From Octopus vulgaris (lineage: Eukaryota): a stretch of DNA of 64,000 nt. A program made the translations under genes and the position numbers. The notes under the pieces were generated by a model, which saw nothing but the letters and a program-made list of their open reading frames with translations, was not told the DNA's origin and searched no databases. Shown here piece after piece: positions 50,174 to 63,585 of this stretch. The DNA is taken from positions 5,084,001 through 5,148,000 of the forward strand of contig OX597822.1 of assembly GCA_951406725.2 (NCBI GenBank), in the 5' to 3' direction. Numbering within the stretch: position 1 is the stretch's first letter; each line of letters begins with the position of its first letter.

Positions 50174-51319
50174 TATATATATATATATATGGAGGGTGGG
50201 GGAGAAATTGGTAATGTGAAAGAGAGTACAAATGCTGACACTCTTGAGATTAGCTGATGTTTTCAATGGGAAATAAAGATGGAGAGAGAGTTGTACCTCT
50301 TGCGGTGCTTTTATAGCCTCTCTAGGTTATATATTTTGATTAATATACTTATTTACCGGCTTCAGTTATTGAACTGAGGCCATGCTGGAGCACCATGTTC
50401 AGAGATTTTAGCCTATGATAGCCACTTCAATCCTTATTTTATCAATGTGATTTGTATAGCAGATGACTTCCACAAAATTATTAGTATTGTTGATGGAGTG
50501 AATGAGTAGTTATCAAGAATCCAGATTGGATTGTTCATTTATTTTATCAAGACTTCTCTCACTACAGAATTTCCTAAAAGAAGCAAACATTAAATTTCTC
50601 TTAGAAATAATTTCTTTCAGCTAGACAATAGCATCCTCAATACAAGGCTGTGCCGCTATCTTAATCAACTCTAATGTCTTACAAAGAATTATTTCATAGA
50701 TTCATATGAGAAATAAGTTCAGAATAGAGAGACATGAAAAAAAAATGATGATGCAAAGAATTTCAACTATTCCTCTATCGACTGGTTATCAGTTAAATAA
50801 TTAACAATATCCAGAGAAACAATTTCTCAGCAGAAGACAGTTTTCTTAACTCATTCATATTCTTTTTCTAGTTTATTTATATTTTTGTGTGTGTGTGTGT
50901 GTGTGTTTAAAATGTATGACTGAATATCACAGTCAATTTATCTAATATCACTGGAAGCACTTGTTTTAGTCACTCTCAAATGACAACAGGCTAATGTTAA
51001 AATCATCGAAATTCATAATCCATGATAATTGAAAAAAATATGGTCTAAAATCAAACAATGTCTCCTTTATACACACACACATATACTTATGTGTGTGTAT
51101 GTATATATGACTGAAACCGGTACTGAAATGTTCTTTATAAAATTATTTTAGCATTTTCTATCTTGACTTGTTTTTTCATATATATCAACTCGTGTGTTCC
51201 TTTTCACCCTTATACATATACATATATATATATACACACACATATATACATATATATATACACATTTATACATACATTTATATGTACATATATATATACA
51301 TATATACACATATCCATAT

Positions 51320-51360
<41 letters not shown>

Positions 51361-52156
51361 TACATACATACATACATACATACATACATACATACATACA
51401 TAAACTATACAATCCAAATGAAATTGAGAGAAAACTGAGAGAAAAGGACTTTATTAAAAAATTCAAACCCAAGCTTAATAAACAATGATAAAAAAATAAA
51501 TTTTATTTAAGGTTTAAAAGTCTTATCCCCATATCTAAAAATTAAAAATCTCTAAAAAGTACTGCTGTCATTGTTTCTAAAAATAAACACTGAAAAATGG
51601 TATGGCATCATTTCTAAAAGTAGCAAAGCAACTACTACTGCTGTCCACAAAGGACAAAATTAAACCAATCAACCACAGTTGAAACCAATGAACACAACTG
51701 TCACTACAACAATATGAACCTGAAGGTTGCATAAATGTAAGAAAGTATACTAGGTCAATAAGAATGGACATTTGATATTTCATTTGTTCAATAAGAATAG
51801 ACAATTAATACTTCATTTCGTTTCTTTTTACCATATTATTTTACATCTTATATCAATAAGACAATAAATAAAACGTGAAAAACAGAGTTGGAATTCCTTT
51901 GAATAGAATATTCTTCTATACACAATCATACAAACCCCTTTGTATATATATATATGTGATGATGATACATATATACACATATATATATGTATTTATACAT
52001 ATATATATATATACACACACATACTTATATACACACACACACACACATATATATATATATGCATATACACATGCACATATATATATATACACACACATAT
52101 ATATACACATACTTATATATACATATGTAAATATATATATATAAATACACATACAC

Positions 52157-52207
<51 letters not shown>

Positions 52208-52558
52208 CACATGTACACACACATATATATGTATGTATAACAAAGTAAAGTTGTAAGGTACCGCACGAGTGGAAATATATATGAAAGAAGGTTTGAAAAT
52301 GCAATTTTAAAGATGTTTATTCACTTGACCAGTTTCACCTTTTTAGAAAAAGATTGTCAAACGTAAAATGTAAAGCTTTAAATAAGCTTTGTTGTGTTAA
52401 GTACTGGTTGTCACAAAAGTTTCAAAATACAGATATAGGTTCTTTGATAATAATAAGAAAATATTAAAAACAGTTTACAAGAAAGTTATCTAAGAAAGTA
52501 ATCAGAACGGGACTCCAAAAAGCATTTTGAGTTCAATGAAAATCATGTTTGTTTGGTA

Positions 52559-52603
<45 letters not shown>

Positions 52604-52704
52604 AGGAGATATATTTAAGAATTTACAAAAAATTGTAGAGGAATAACTGACCTGTCTTTCTGGCATTTTGTTTTGTGTGTAGCTAATATATATATGCACC
52701 AATT

Positions 52705-53110
52705 ACACTATTGGAGTGGTTGGTGTTCGGAAGGGCATTCAGCCATAGAAACCATACCAAATCAGACTGGAGTCTGACGCAGCCTCAGCTTGTAAGCACT
52801 AGTCAGACATTTCAACCCAATTCAGTATGGATAATGGTCATGAAATGACGATGATGCTGATATATATATACACAAATATAAGACTTAGCGGTGTAGCTAG
52901 TGCCATATAATAAGCACCCATGCTGGTGCCATATAAAATGCACCCAGTACACTTTGGAAAGTGATTGGTGTTAGGAACGACATGAAGTCATAGGCACCAT
53001 GTCAAAACAGGCAATTGGAGCCTGGTGTAGCTCTCTGGCTTGCCATCTCCTAGCCAACTAGCCAACCCATGGAAGAAGGACACTAAATGGTGGTGATGAT
53101 GATGATGATG
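52705..53110 (+). mobile_element. Two decayed (GAT)n-tailed SINE 3' portions
   Basis: gagtggttggtgttcggaagggcattcagccatagaaac and gtgattggtgttaggaacgacatg, each ending in (gat)n. Confidence 0.7.
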
Positions 53111-53722
53111 AATGAGTCAGTATTTCTTCTGATTCTACATTGTGATTTCCAATCCCACTTAGTTCAACCTCGATTTTCATCCCTCGATGGGGGATGAAAT
53201 AATATAAATAAATCAAGTACCGAAGTCAAAGAAATCAAACACATCCTTACCACACCTCTACCGAATCAAAATTGGTGGCCTAGTGCCGAAATTCAAAGGT
53301 ATTATTAATAAAAATATATCATTATTATAGTTGTTGTTGTTATTATCATTACCATTATTATATTTTGATATTGTCAGAGTATGATAACTTTTTATTATAT
53401 TTTTTTTGTCATCCAGCTTATCTTTTCATCAGTAAGTGATTGTAAGACACAATGGCTTGATTGAAGCTCCAAAAAAAGATCAATACTATATACTTTGCCA
53501 GTAGGAGTTACATTGAACTTACTATTCTGTGTTAAGTGTCTAAGGTATTAAATTTCTGGGAAAAAATATCTGCACAATAACAAAGAAAAAGGAGAGAAAG
53601 AGAGAGAGAGAGTGTGTATGTATGTCTGCATGCCAGTGTGGATGTAAATGACAAAGTGTATGATTTCAAAGATTATACAACAAATATACTCTGTGTGTGT
53701 ATGTACACGCACACACCCACAC

Positions 53723-53776
<54 letters not shown>

Positions 53777-54232
53777 TTATTTCTGTATATATATATATAT
53801 ATATGTATACATACACACACACAAACTAACTCACACAACATACACACACAAACACATATATTTTTGTTCATTCAATATCCATTTTTCAATGCCTGCATTG
53901 GGTTGGATAGGGCTGTAAAGGTTGTATCTGAGGCAGGACTTTAAAATCAGATGCTCTTCTTGTTGTTAACTCTAGCTTGCTTTTCAAGCAAAGGATTTAT
54001 TTATTCCACAAGCATCTGAAAGCTCAGAGCAACTGGTCATAATGTTGACATGAAATGCAAATTTATCACTGTTTTTAACCAGGGAAACCAAGGGATATCA
54101 ACATTCATGTACAAACACAAAGAGACATACATGAAACCTGACAGGAAAAAATTGTACAAAGCCTGCTGGTCATGTGTGTGTGTGTCTGTGTATAGATGCC
54201 TGTGGAATAAAGAGATCCCTTGCTATACATAA

Positions 54233-54276
<44 letters not shown>

Positions 54277-54850
54277 GTATATATATATATGTATATATGA
54301 AGCAAGGGAGTGAGTATGTGTGTATGTGTGTGAGTGTGTGTGTGTGCGCGCACATGCACACATTTAGATGTATTACTACTACAGTATGAGTTAGAGGTCC
54401 ATGTAGATTATCATTAATCAGTCAGCTTCCAGTATAGTGGTTAGTAAACGACTATACTTAGCAGAACCACCAGTTATGATATACAAAGCATACGTAGTGG
54501 AAAATTAAGATAAACACCAATATGAATATTTCATTCCTATATATATTTCACCAATGCAGTTATTGAACCCTAACTCAACATTGGATGTCCCAGGAGCATT
54601 TTGGATGCCTAACTGCAAGGGATCATTACATTAACACACACACATATATATATATAAGTGGCATGTTGCATTCTCATACACACACATACGCAAGATGGGA
54701 TTTACTTTCTACCTACCAAATTCAATCAGGCAGAGAAAACTGAACTTGAAATCACATAGTACCAGAGTGAATTTTTTTTTTATCACACAGCTATGCTTAT
54801 GCCTATAATCAACATAACATAATACACACACACACTAACACATATATATA

Positions 54851-55262
54851 TACTCTTTTACTTGTTTCAGTCATTTGACTGTGGCCATGCTAGAGCACCG
54901 TCTTTAGTCGAGCAAATCGACCCCGGGACTTATTCTTTGTAAGCCCAGTACTTATTCTATCAGTCTCTTTTTGCCGAACTGCTAAGTAACGGGGACGTAA
55001 ACACACCAGCATCGGTTGACAAGCGATGGTGGGGGGGACAAACACAGACACACAAACACACACGCACATACATATATATATATATATAGATATATACGAC
55101 AGGCTTCTTTCAGTTTCCGTCTACCAAATCCACTCACAAGGCTTTGGTCGGCCCGAGGCTATAGCAGAAGACACTTGCCCAAGATGTCACACAGTGGGAC
55201 TGAACCCGGAACCATGTGGTTGTTTAGCAAGCTACTTACCATACAGCCACTCCTGCGCCTAT
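54851..55262 (-). mobile_element. Full-length tRNA-derived SINE with internal (TA)/(TG) microsatellite
   Basis: Minus-strand head ATAGGCGCAGGAGTGGCTGTATGGTAAG...GGTTCAGTCCC, CORE-like CTTGGGCAAGTGTCTT, microsatellite at ~55040-55095, tail ...CAGTCAAATGACTGAAACAAGTAAAAGAG. Confidence 0.85.
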
Positions 55263-55303
55263 GTATAATATATATATATATATATATACATATATAATAT
55301 ATA

Positions 55304-55543
55304 CAGTAATCCCAAGTTCACCTGTCACGGTTCACCTACTTTTGTTTACCTATCGTGGTGTATTATTTAAGCTTACATTGATTCCTCTGTGGAGTTATTT
55401 TACATATATAATAAAATAAATATACACAAATTAGAGAAATGATAAAAAAGAATTTACAGCACAGTACTGTTTCCACCTTGCAAATTTTCACCTTTCGTGG
55501 GAGCATTTGGAATGTAACATCCGCAATAGTCGAGGGATTACTG
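55304..55543. mobile_element. Tigger/pogo-like MITE
   Basis: TA-CAGTAATCCC ... GGGATTACTG-TA terminal inverted repeats with TA duplication. Confidence 0.82.
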
Positions 55544-55544
55544 T

Positions 55545-55575
<31 letters not shown>

Positions 55576-56008
55576 CATATAATACACACACGTGTGCATA
55601 TATATATAATACATACACACGCATGCATATAAGATATATATATATACATATATATATAGATAGATAGATATACATATATATATATATAGATAGATAGATA
55701 TACATATATATATAGATAGATATACATATATATATAGATAGATAGATATACATATATATATAGATAGATAGATATACATATATATATATAGATAGATATA
55801 CATATATATATATATAGATAGATATACATATATATATATAGATAGATATACATATATATAGATAGATATACATACATAGATAGATATACATATATATATA
55901 TAGATAGATATACATATATATATATATAGATAGATATACATATATATATATATAGATATATATATATATATATATACATATATATACACATTACATGCAT
56001 ACACACAG

Positions 56009-56060
<52 letters not shown>
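55545..56060. repeat. Compound (TA)/(TAGA)/(CA) higher-order microsatellite
   Basis: Unit tagatagatataca(ta)n repeated more than ten times. It explains ORFs 55363-56208. Confidence 0.9.
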
Positions 56061-56817
56061 GTATGAAGGCAATACTGTAGCATGCCTTAGCCATTATTAC
56101 AAAAACCACACTAAAGAATATATTGACCTGAAAGAAGAAAAAAAAAAACTGAAATACAGAATTCTGAAAGCAAAGCGATACAAAAGTACGACGACCAACC
56201 ATTTGCAATTGAAATCATTAACAGCATACATGAAGCAGTTTGAAATGGCTTTGGAAACTGGTTTACATCAGAAATTCATAAAAGCATGCACATGCAAGCT
56301 CAAGCATGTACACATGCAATGTCATATAAATGAACATTGTGCAAATAATCCTGTTTCTGCACACCCCTCTCTCTCTCCCTCTCCTACCTTACCCTACCCT
56401 ACTCTGGCTACACGTCAGTTCCATCCACCATCACTTCGTACATACTTGGATGCCTAACAGCCAGCATGGGTGTTCACTGCAACACACGCACACACACACA
56501 CACATTCGTATATATACACAGTATATGTATGTATATATATGCACGTATACGTATGTATAAGTATGTATGTATACATGTATATATGTGTGTATATATATAT
56601 ATATATGTGTATGTGCATGCATATATATATATATGTGTGTGTGTGTGTGTATATGTATATATATGTGTGTGTGTATATATATACATATGTATGTGTATGA
56701 GTGTGTATATATATATATGTATGTATGTGTATATGATGATGATGATAATGATGTTTATATATGTGTGTGCGTATATATATATATGTATGTGTATGTATAT
56801 ATATATAACTTTCTCAC

Positions 56818-56871
<54 letters not shown>

Positions 56872-57298
56872 ACATATGTGTTTAAATATGTGTGTGTATG
56901 TGTGTGTGTGTGTGTTTATATATATTCATATATTTGTTGCTTGCTGTATACTTGCATTATAAGTTAGTTCTGACTGGCCTTCATTATGCTCTGGAAAGTG
57001 CTTTCAACGTTTACAAGAATATTGTGAATATCATTGCCGCAGTATAACGTTTTCTTGACAAATCAGTTTTCAGGTCGGTGACTCAGTTTTAATTTTCTAC
57101 CTGGTCAGCTTTTTGCTTGTGCTAAAAATCCATGAGTGTGAATACTCCTCATTTTCTCTCCCTTACAAATCTAAGATGTCATGTTTGACATGCACTAAAG
57201 ATGGTTCAATTAACTATAGCTCTAATCTTATGGGATTTGTACAAAAATGACAAATTATTATTATTATTATTATTATTATTATTGTTGTTATTTATTAT

Positions 57299-57490
57299 TA
57301 TTACCACCACCTTAGCAAAGGCAGGGGTATTGTCTTCAGTTATGTTTGTTTGTTTATCCATGGACAAGTTATCTCAAGAACCACTGGATGGATTTGGATG
57401 AAACTTTTAGGGATGTTTGGCCTCATGACTGGCATGAACTGATTAGATTTTGGGATCGATCCGGTACCAGACAAGGATTCTGGATTATTT
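57299..57490 (+). mobile_element. Helentron-associated (HINE/DINE-1-like) non-autonomous element, 5' part
   Basis: ttaccaccaccttagcaaaggcaggggtattgtcttcag start with short hairpin, (gttt)n, then atctcaagaaccactggatggatttggatgaaactt. Inserted in (tta)n. Confidence 0.55.
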
Positions 57491-58074
57491 GTTATAGTTA
57501 CTTTATATGAAGTATTACGATTTTACATTGACTTTCAAGTCTTTCTTTGATTATCTCCCTTGAAAACACACCTATGGTTTCCATGTAATTTATGGCGGCA
57601 TTGGTGTTTCCAAAGTTTAATTTTCATTTCTCTATTATTAATTTTACTCGTGTCTCTATCTTAGTAGAAACTGATGGATAAAGAAATCAAACTACATAAA
57701 CGAATGGCAGCAAAACCTTTCAGAAATTAAATAACACTAACATATTCAGTAACAATAATAAATTTTATTTATCCTCGACAATTTCTAGTTTTGCCAATTT
57801 TGAATATATTGCTCCTGTTTAAAACCTCTTACCTACTTGACAATTGCATTTCTAGCTCTGAGCTCAGATTCAGCCAAGGTCAACCTTTCCATTTGTTCTT
57901 TTAGAGTCAATAAAATAAATCTTCCTACCATAGCACGGTGCTTCATTTTGTCAACAACAGAAGGATGAAAGGTCAAGTAGACCTCAGCAGGATTTGAACT
58001 CAGAATGTAAAGATATGCAAGAAATACTGTTCTAACAATATTGCTAATTCATTACTTTTACTGCTGCCCCACCC

Positions 58075-58110
<36 letters not shown>

Positions 58111-59245
58111 ATTATTATTATAGTAGTGATAATAATACTGATGGAAGTCTTTGTGGAAGTGGATTATTTTACCGTTTTGAATCTCAATAGCTTCATCATT
58201 TAGCCTCATCATTTTACATCTGATTTTCCATGCTGAATCTGAAAAGCAGGCATTATTAGATACTTTGTTTTTCCAACTAGAATTGCTGATTTTCCAGTCA
58301 CAAAAGTAGTGGTGGTGGTGGTAGTGGGTGGTGGGGATGGAAATCCATGCCCAACAGCAGTTGTTTGCATTCAGTAAACAATAGCTATGTTATCACGTAG
58401 GGCGTAATCTGTTGGCATTGAAGTCGCTATGATGTTATGCAATCCTATCACATGAAAAGATCTAACATAGAATAAATGATGAGAATATTTTGATGAAAAA
58501 TTATCTTCCCATCGTTGATCCAGCATCGAAAAGGTATATCGTGTTATTGCTGTTTGTTGTGTGTGTGTGTGTGTGTCTGTGTGCATGTTTGTGTGCATGT
58601 GTGCACGAGTGTACATGTGCATACATGTACACATGTTCAAACATGTGCACATATTGACATATGACAGCATCACATGAGTGAAACAGCAATATTATGCTTA
58701 TATTCCTTGTCAAAATTGTGGCCGGTCACTCTGTGCTTTTGAAGACCAGTTGAATAAAAACGAAATCCCTTACTTGAAAAACTGGTAAGGGCTGAAGACA
58801 GTTGGAGCTTACTTGCTTCAAGTAAGTCTCCATCCAACCCATGCTGACATAAAATAGATGGATGTTGAATGAACATACAAAAAAACCTTGAAATATCAGA
58901 ATTACATTTTCTTCTCTAAACACAGTCATTCATTCCATGACTTTTACTAAACTCATCTTCTTGGTAGGGACCATTAAAAGTCTCTTAAAATTACTTTGGT
59001 GCCTTTAATATTTTCTTGCATATTCTTATTATCATAACTTTAAATTTTTATTAAATAATTTTGCAAAATAATTGAGAATTCTTATCTCAATAATTTCATT
59101 TACTAATTAATATCTTTGTAGAAGGATATGAGTTCCACAACTTTGTAAGCTCTCTCTCTAATAAAGTCAAAGCTTAATTTTCCTATAAGATACTACCTTA
59201 TGTCTATGTCATAAAAGATATTACTATTATTATCATTATTATTAA

Positions 59246-59460
59246 GGCAGTGAGCTGGCAGAATCTTTAGCACGTTGGGCAAAGTGCTTTGTAGTATTTT
59301 ATCTATCTTTTCATTCTGAGTTCAAATTCCACTGAGGTTGACTTTGCTTTTCATCCTTTCGGAGTTGATAAATTAAGTACCAGTGAAACACTGGACTTGA
59401 TGTAGTCAACTATTCCCTTTCCCCGAATCTCAGGCTTTGTGTCAATAGTAGAAAGGATTA
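59246..59460 (+). mobile_element. MetaSINE-like SINE, near full length
   Basis: aggcagtgagctggcagaatc...gagttcaaattcc...gactttgcttttcatcctttcggagttgataaattaagtaccag. Flanking tatcattRttattaaggcagt is duplicated. Confidence 0.82.
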
Positions 59461-59944
59461 CTATCATTGTTATTAAGGCAGTTTTGATTAACCAGTATAT
59501 GAGGAACATAAATACAGTTTACTAGCAGTAGCACTTTAAGTGATATGGATTTTCTTAGCTATATAACACTGAGTTTAAAACATGACAGCAATGAAGTCAT
59601 TAGGATATATTCTTCCTAGAAGATGGATCCATTTTCTTCAAGTTTTCTATAGGTGCATTCACCCATTAATGGATATCTTGGATATAGAAGAATTTGAATA
59701 ACAATGTTATAAATTTTGTGGAAAAAAATTTTTTATGAAAAATTAGTGATTCTGTCTAATAAAGAAACGAACAAAAGAATAATTTTTATATCATTATTAA
59801 AATAAATAATTCTCTCACTGGATTTTGTAGTAAATATATAAAGGAGATTTATCCATTTTAAATCATACCATATTTGATACTTCATCACCTCTACCTCACT
59901 GCCTTAGTATTCTCAAGAGTTCCACAGTTTAGAATATTAAATCC

Positions 59945-60165
59945 TTCAATATTTAAACCTGCAACGTCCAACCAAAATAGTCTACTAGTACCAGCTTTAT
60001 GTTCCAACTGGCCAGATCTGGCCTCTCACACTTGCCCTACAAAGCCATTCTAAAACTAAACAATCACATCAAAGTCTTGAAGCTACCAGATGATTTATGA
60101 TTAATCCAAAACAATGTAGCTAAACAAGCATGACATTTGATAGATTAATCTGAATAATAAAGAGC
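59945..60165 (+). mobile_element. piggyBac-like MITE copy
   Basis: tttatgttccaactggccagatctggcctctcacac...atgattaatccaaaacaatgt...aagcatgacatttgatag matches 39530-39690. Confidence 0.65.
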
Positions 60166-60190
60166 TGAAACATTCCATAAGTGAATTATT

Positions 60191-60345
<155 letters not shown>

Positions 60346-62085
60346 AAGACATGTCTGATCAAGCATGTAATTCTCCATTAGATCTCACAGATCACACTTT
60401 GGGTAAGCCACATGGGTAGAATTTGGGAGGGAGAAGATTTTGGAATTTGGTGTGTGTGTGTGTGTGTGTGTGTGTACTGGTTAAGTGGCATACTGAGATG
60501 CTTTACTTAACTATAAGAGTAACTTAACCATTTGATATTTAGAAATCAATAGAATAAGTGCCACACCCAAGTGAGTACTGGTGTTGACAGGTTTGGTTAG
60601 AAGACCTCAAAGGTAGAACCCTAGCATGGTTACAGTTCAATGATCAAAACCAGTTAAAAAATATATGAGAGGAAGAGTGAGAGAATAGAAACAGTGAGAG
60701 AAAAGCAACGTAATGTTAAAGAAGAATGACAACTAGTCATTATGTGTCGGCTTCTCCAGTTCGGAACTACAAGTTTGTATCTTATAACTGCTATTTTGCT
60801 CTCAGAGCACTAGACACAGTAGCAAAACAAATTTGGGTTTCATGCTTAGCAAGAACAGAGTAGGTAAGGACAGGAGTGGATGTGAGAATTAACTGCAAAT
60901 TGGTTTGATGGTTTATGATATCAAGATTAATTTTCCTAAAACATGAACAGATTGGAATGGAATAGAGAAAAACTGGCAGTGAAAAGAGAAGAGACAGAAA
61001 AAATAAAAAATCAAAGAGAGTTTCAAAAGTCTAAGAAAGAATGAGAGCGGGGTAGGTAGGGTGTCCAAAGAAAAAGTATTTGAAGAAATAAAGTGAGTGA
61101 AATCTTGAATGAGAACAAAAGTGAAGTCTACAGTGAAAATGATTGTGAGCTTTGAAGACAGAAGTAAGGTTTGGTGAGAAAGGGTGAAGTTTTGAGGTGA
61201 GAAAAGGAATGGGATAAATAGAGTGGGGTGTGAAAGAAATAGAGTATAAGACATGGTGAGACGAGAGGAGGAGACAGGGAAGGGTCGATAGAGAAAGAAT
61301 TTATTTTCCCTTATGTGTTTTTCTTTTAGCAAGACTGTAACCAATTATATTGCATAGATTTATACAGCATTCGTCTGCTAAGTAGTCATTTATTGTCGGA
61401 ATATCAGAAAGTTACGACGTATTGTGATATGACAGCAGCCAGAAAGATGGCAGATAATCAATATTAAATACAATCCAAGTTGTGATGGTGGTACGGAGGT
61501 TATATAATATTTATTCCAGTCCTGACTATTACGTTAAAATAATTCCATTCCCACAGTTACTCACCCCAACACTACCACAACCAATGTCTCATCATATGAC
61601 CTTACACTACCCACACTCCATTCAAAAAAGCATTAGGATAGCTGTACAAGTCAAAATTGTATTCAAGGACTGACAAAACAATCTATCTAGCAGTGAGTTA
61701 TTTCCTAAAAATAGACTGCTGACCAAGAATATTTAAAACAGTTGCATGATTTCACATTTTAGCCTTTGCTTTAGGTTTCCACTTCTATAACAGTCTTTAT
61801 TAAATATCAGTAGATTTTCATACACATATAGAAACATATATATATATGCACAATCATAAATCCTAGTTTACTTTATCTTTAATAAAAACCAATATCAAAT
61901 TTATAGTAAACAGCATCACTTTCCAAAATCTATTGAGAGTTGATTCAATTCACAATGAAGTGTGTAGAAATAGAAATTTCTAAACATTTCATATATGTGT
62001 CTGTGTGTGAGTGTGTGTGTGTGTGATTGGATCAACTGGAATCTTTATCATTGTAACCAACAGAGTGCCATTATTTATTTATTTA

Positions 62086-62134
<49 letters not shown>

Positions 62135-62165
62135 ATATATATATATATATATATAAATAAATAAT

Positions 62166-62481
62166 GGCACTCTGTTGGTTACAATGATAAATATTCCAGT
62201 TGATCCAATCAACGGAACAGCCAGCTCATGACATTAAGATGCAAGTGGCTGAGTACTCCACAGACATGTCTACCCTTAATGTAGCTCTCAGGGAGATTCA
62301 GTGTGACACAGAGAGTGACAAGGCTGGCCCTTTGAAATACAAATACTACTCATTTTTGCCGGCTGAGTGGACTGGAGGAACGTGAAATAAAGTGTCTTGC
62401 TCAAGGACACAACACATCACAAGGAATTGAACTCACAACCTTATGATCATGAACCAAATACCCTAACCACTAAACCACATG
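62166..62481 (-). mobile_element. Decayed full-length copy of the 5780-6110 SINE family
   Basis: gtgaaataaagtgtcttgctcaaggacacaac...ggaattgaactcacaaccttatgatcatgaacc...ccctaaccactaaaccacatg. Confidence 0.85.
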
Positions 62482-62551
62482 GAAAGCTATACAAGTCAAA
62501 TAGTGACATTTATAGCTTTCCATTTTGATAACACATTGCTTGCAGCGGTCT

Positions 62552-62605
<54 letters not shown>

Positions 62606-63129
62606 TATACAATCATTGTTCCAACTTTCCTGTTTCCGGCCTGCAAGTGTCAGACAGAATTCATCGAAGCACACTTTTCTATGGGCAGCTGCTCTTCTTT
62701 TTCCAACTGTTACTTGTTTTGAAGCAAAGCAATATTTTGCCCATGGCCAGATATATCTTCACAGACAACTGGAAACAAGGGACTGTTTCCTGTGATAGTG
62801 ACCCTCATTCACAACTATCTGGTGATATAAAAAGAAAGAAACAGAAACATACATGCATACACACACACACACACTATAGGCTTTATCTGCTTCATGCACA
62901 CACAAGGCTCTGGTTATCCTGGGGTTACAGTAAAAAACATTTGTCCAAGATATATAAACTCTAGATTGATTTTAGATAATATAACAAACAATACTAAACA
63001 GAAATAAAAACAAGAAGGGATAAGAACAAGTATTTGACTCTGATGGTGGGTAGACATCAAGAACTACAAATATATGCAACACATTTGGCTGATTGGTCCC
63101 ACCCATGCTAGCATGGAAGGTAGATGTTA

Positions 63130-63162
<33 letters not shown>

Positions 63163-63329
63163 AATGACTCAAGTGGTGATCTGTGCAAAAAAAAAAAGTG
63201 CAAGAAATGATTATCTGTTTCTTCTTCTTCTTCATCTTCTTCACTCTCTCTCTCTCTCTCTTTCTCTCTTCTCTTGAGGTAGCCATGGTTCTCTTCTAAT
63301 GCAAGACACCTTTTCTGTCCCTCAATACT

Positions 63330-63585
63330 ACTCCCACCAGTTAAAATGTCTTGTCCTGCAAGTTACTTGGTGACCTCAATGCTACTGGTGTCATATAAAA
63401 GCACTCAGTATACTGTGTAAAGTGGTTGGCATTAGGAAGGACATCTAACCTTAGAAACCATGCCAAACAGAGAGTAGAACTTGGTGCAGTCTTTTGACTT
63501 GCCAGTTCCTGTCAAACCATCCAATCCATGCGAGCATGGCAAATGGACATTAAACAATGATGACAATGATGATGATAATGATGAC
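63330..63585 (+). mobile_element. (GAT)n-tailed SINE 3' portion
   Basis: agtggttggcattaggaaggacatc...ccatccaatccatgcgagcatgg...(gat)n. Confidence 0.75.

Noticed and set aside
56070-56150. Strong minus-strand splice acceptor (tttttttcttctttcag) near 56126
   Set aside because: There is no good donor before the microsatellite and no recognisable peptide, and poly-T tracts are ubiquitous here.
55363-56962. Long ORFs up to 281 aa, and similar YI/CV/HT-rich ORFs throughout the window
   Set aside because: They are translations of stop-free (TA)/(CA)/(TAGA) microsatellites with no protein signal.
60913-61344. 143-aa hydrophobic ORF
   Set aside because: F/L/S bias comes from a pyrimidine-rich strand. 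It may be a very old LINE piece but cannot be supported.
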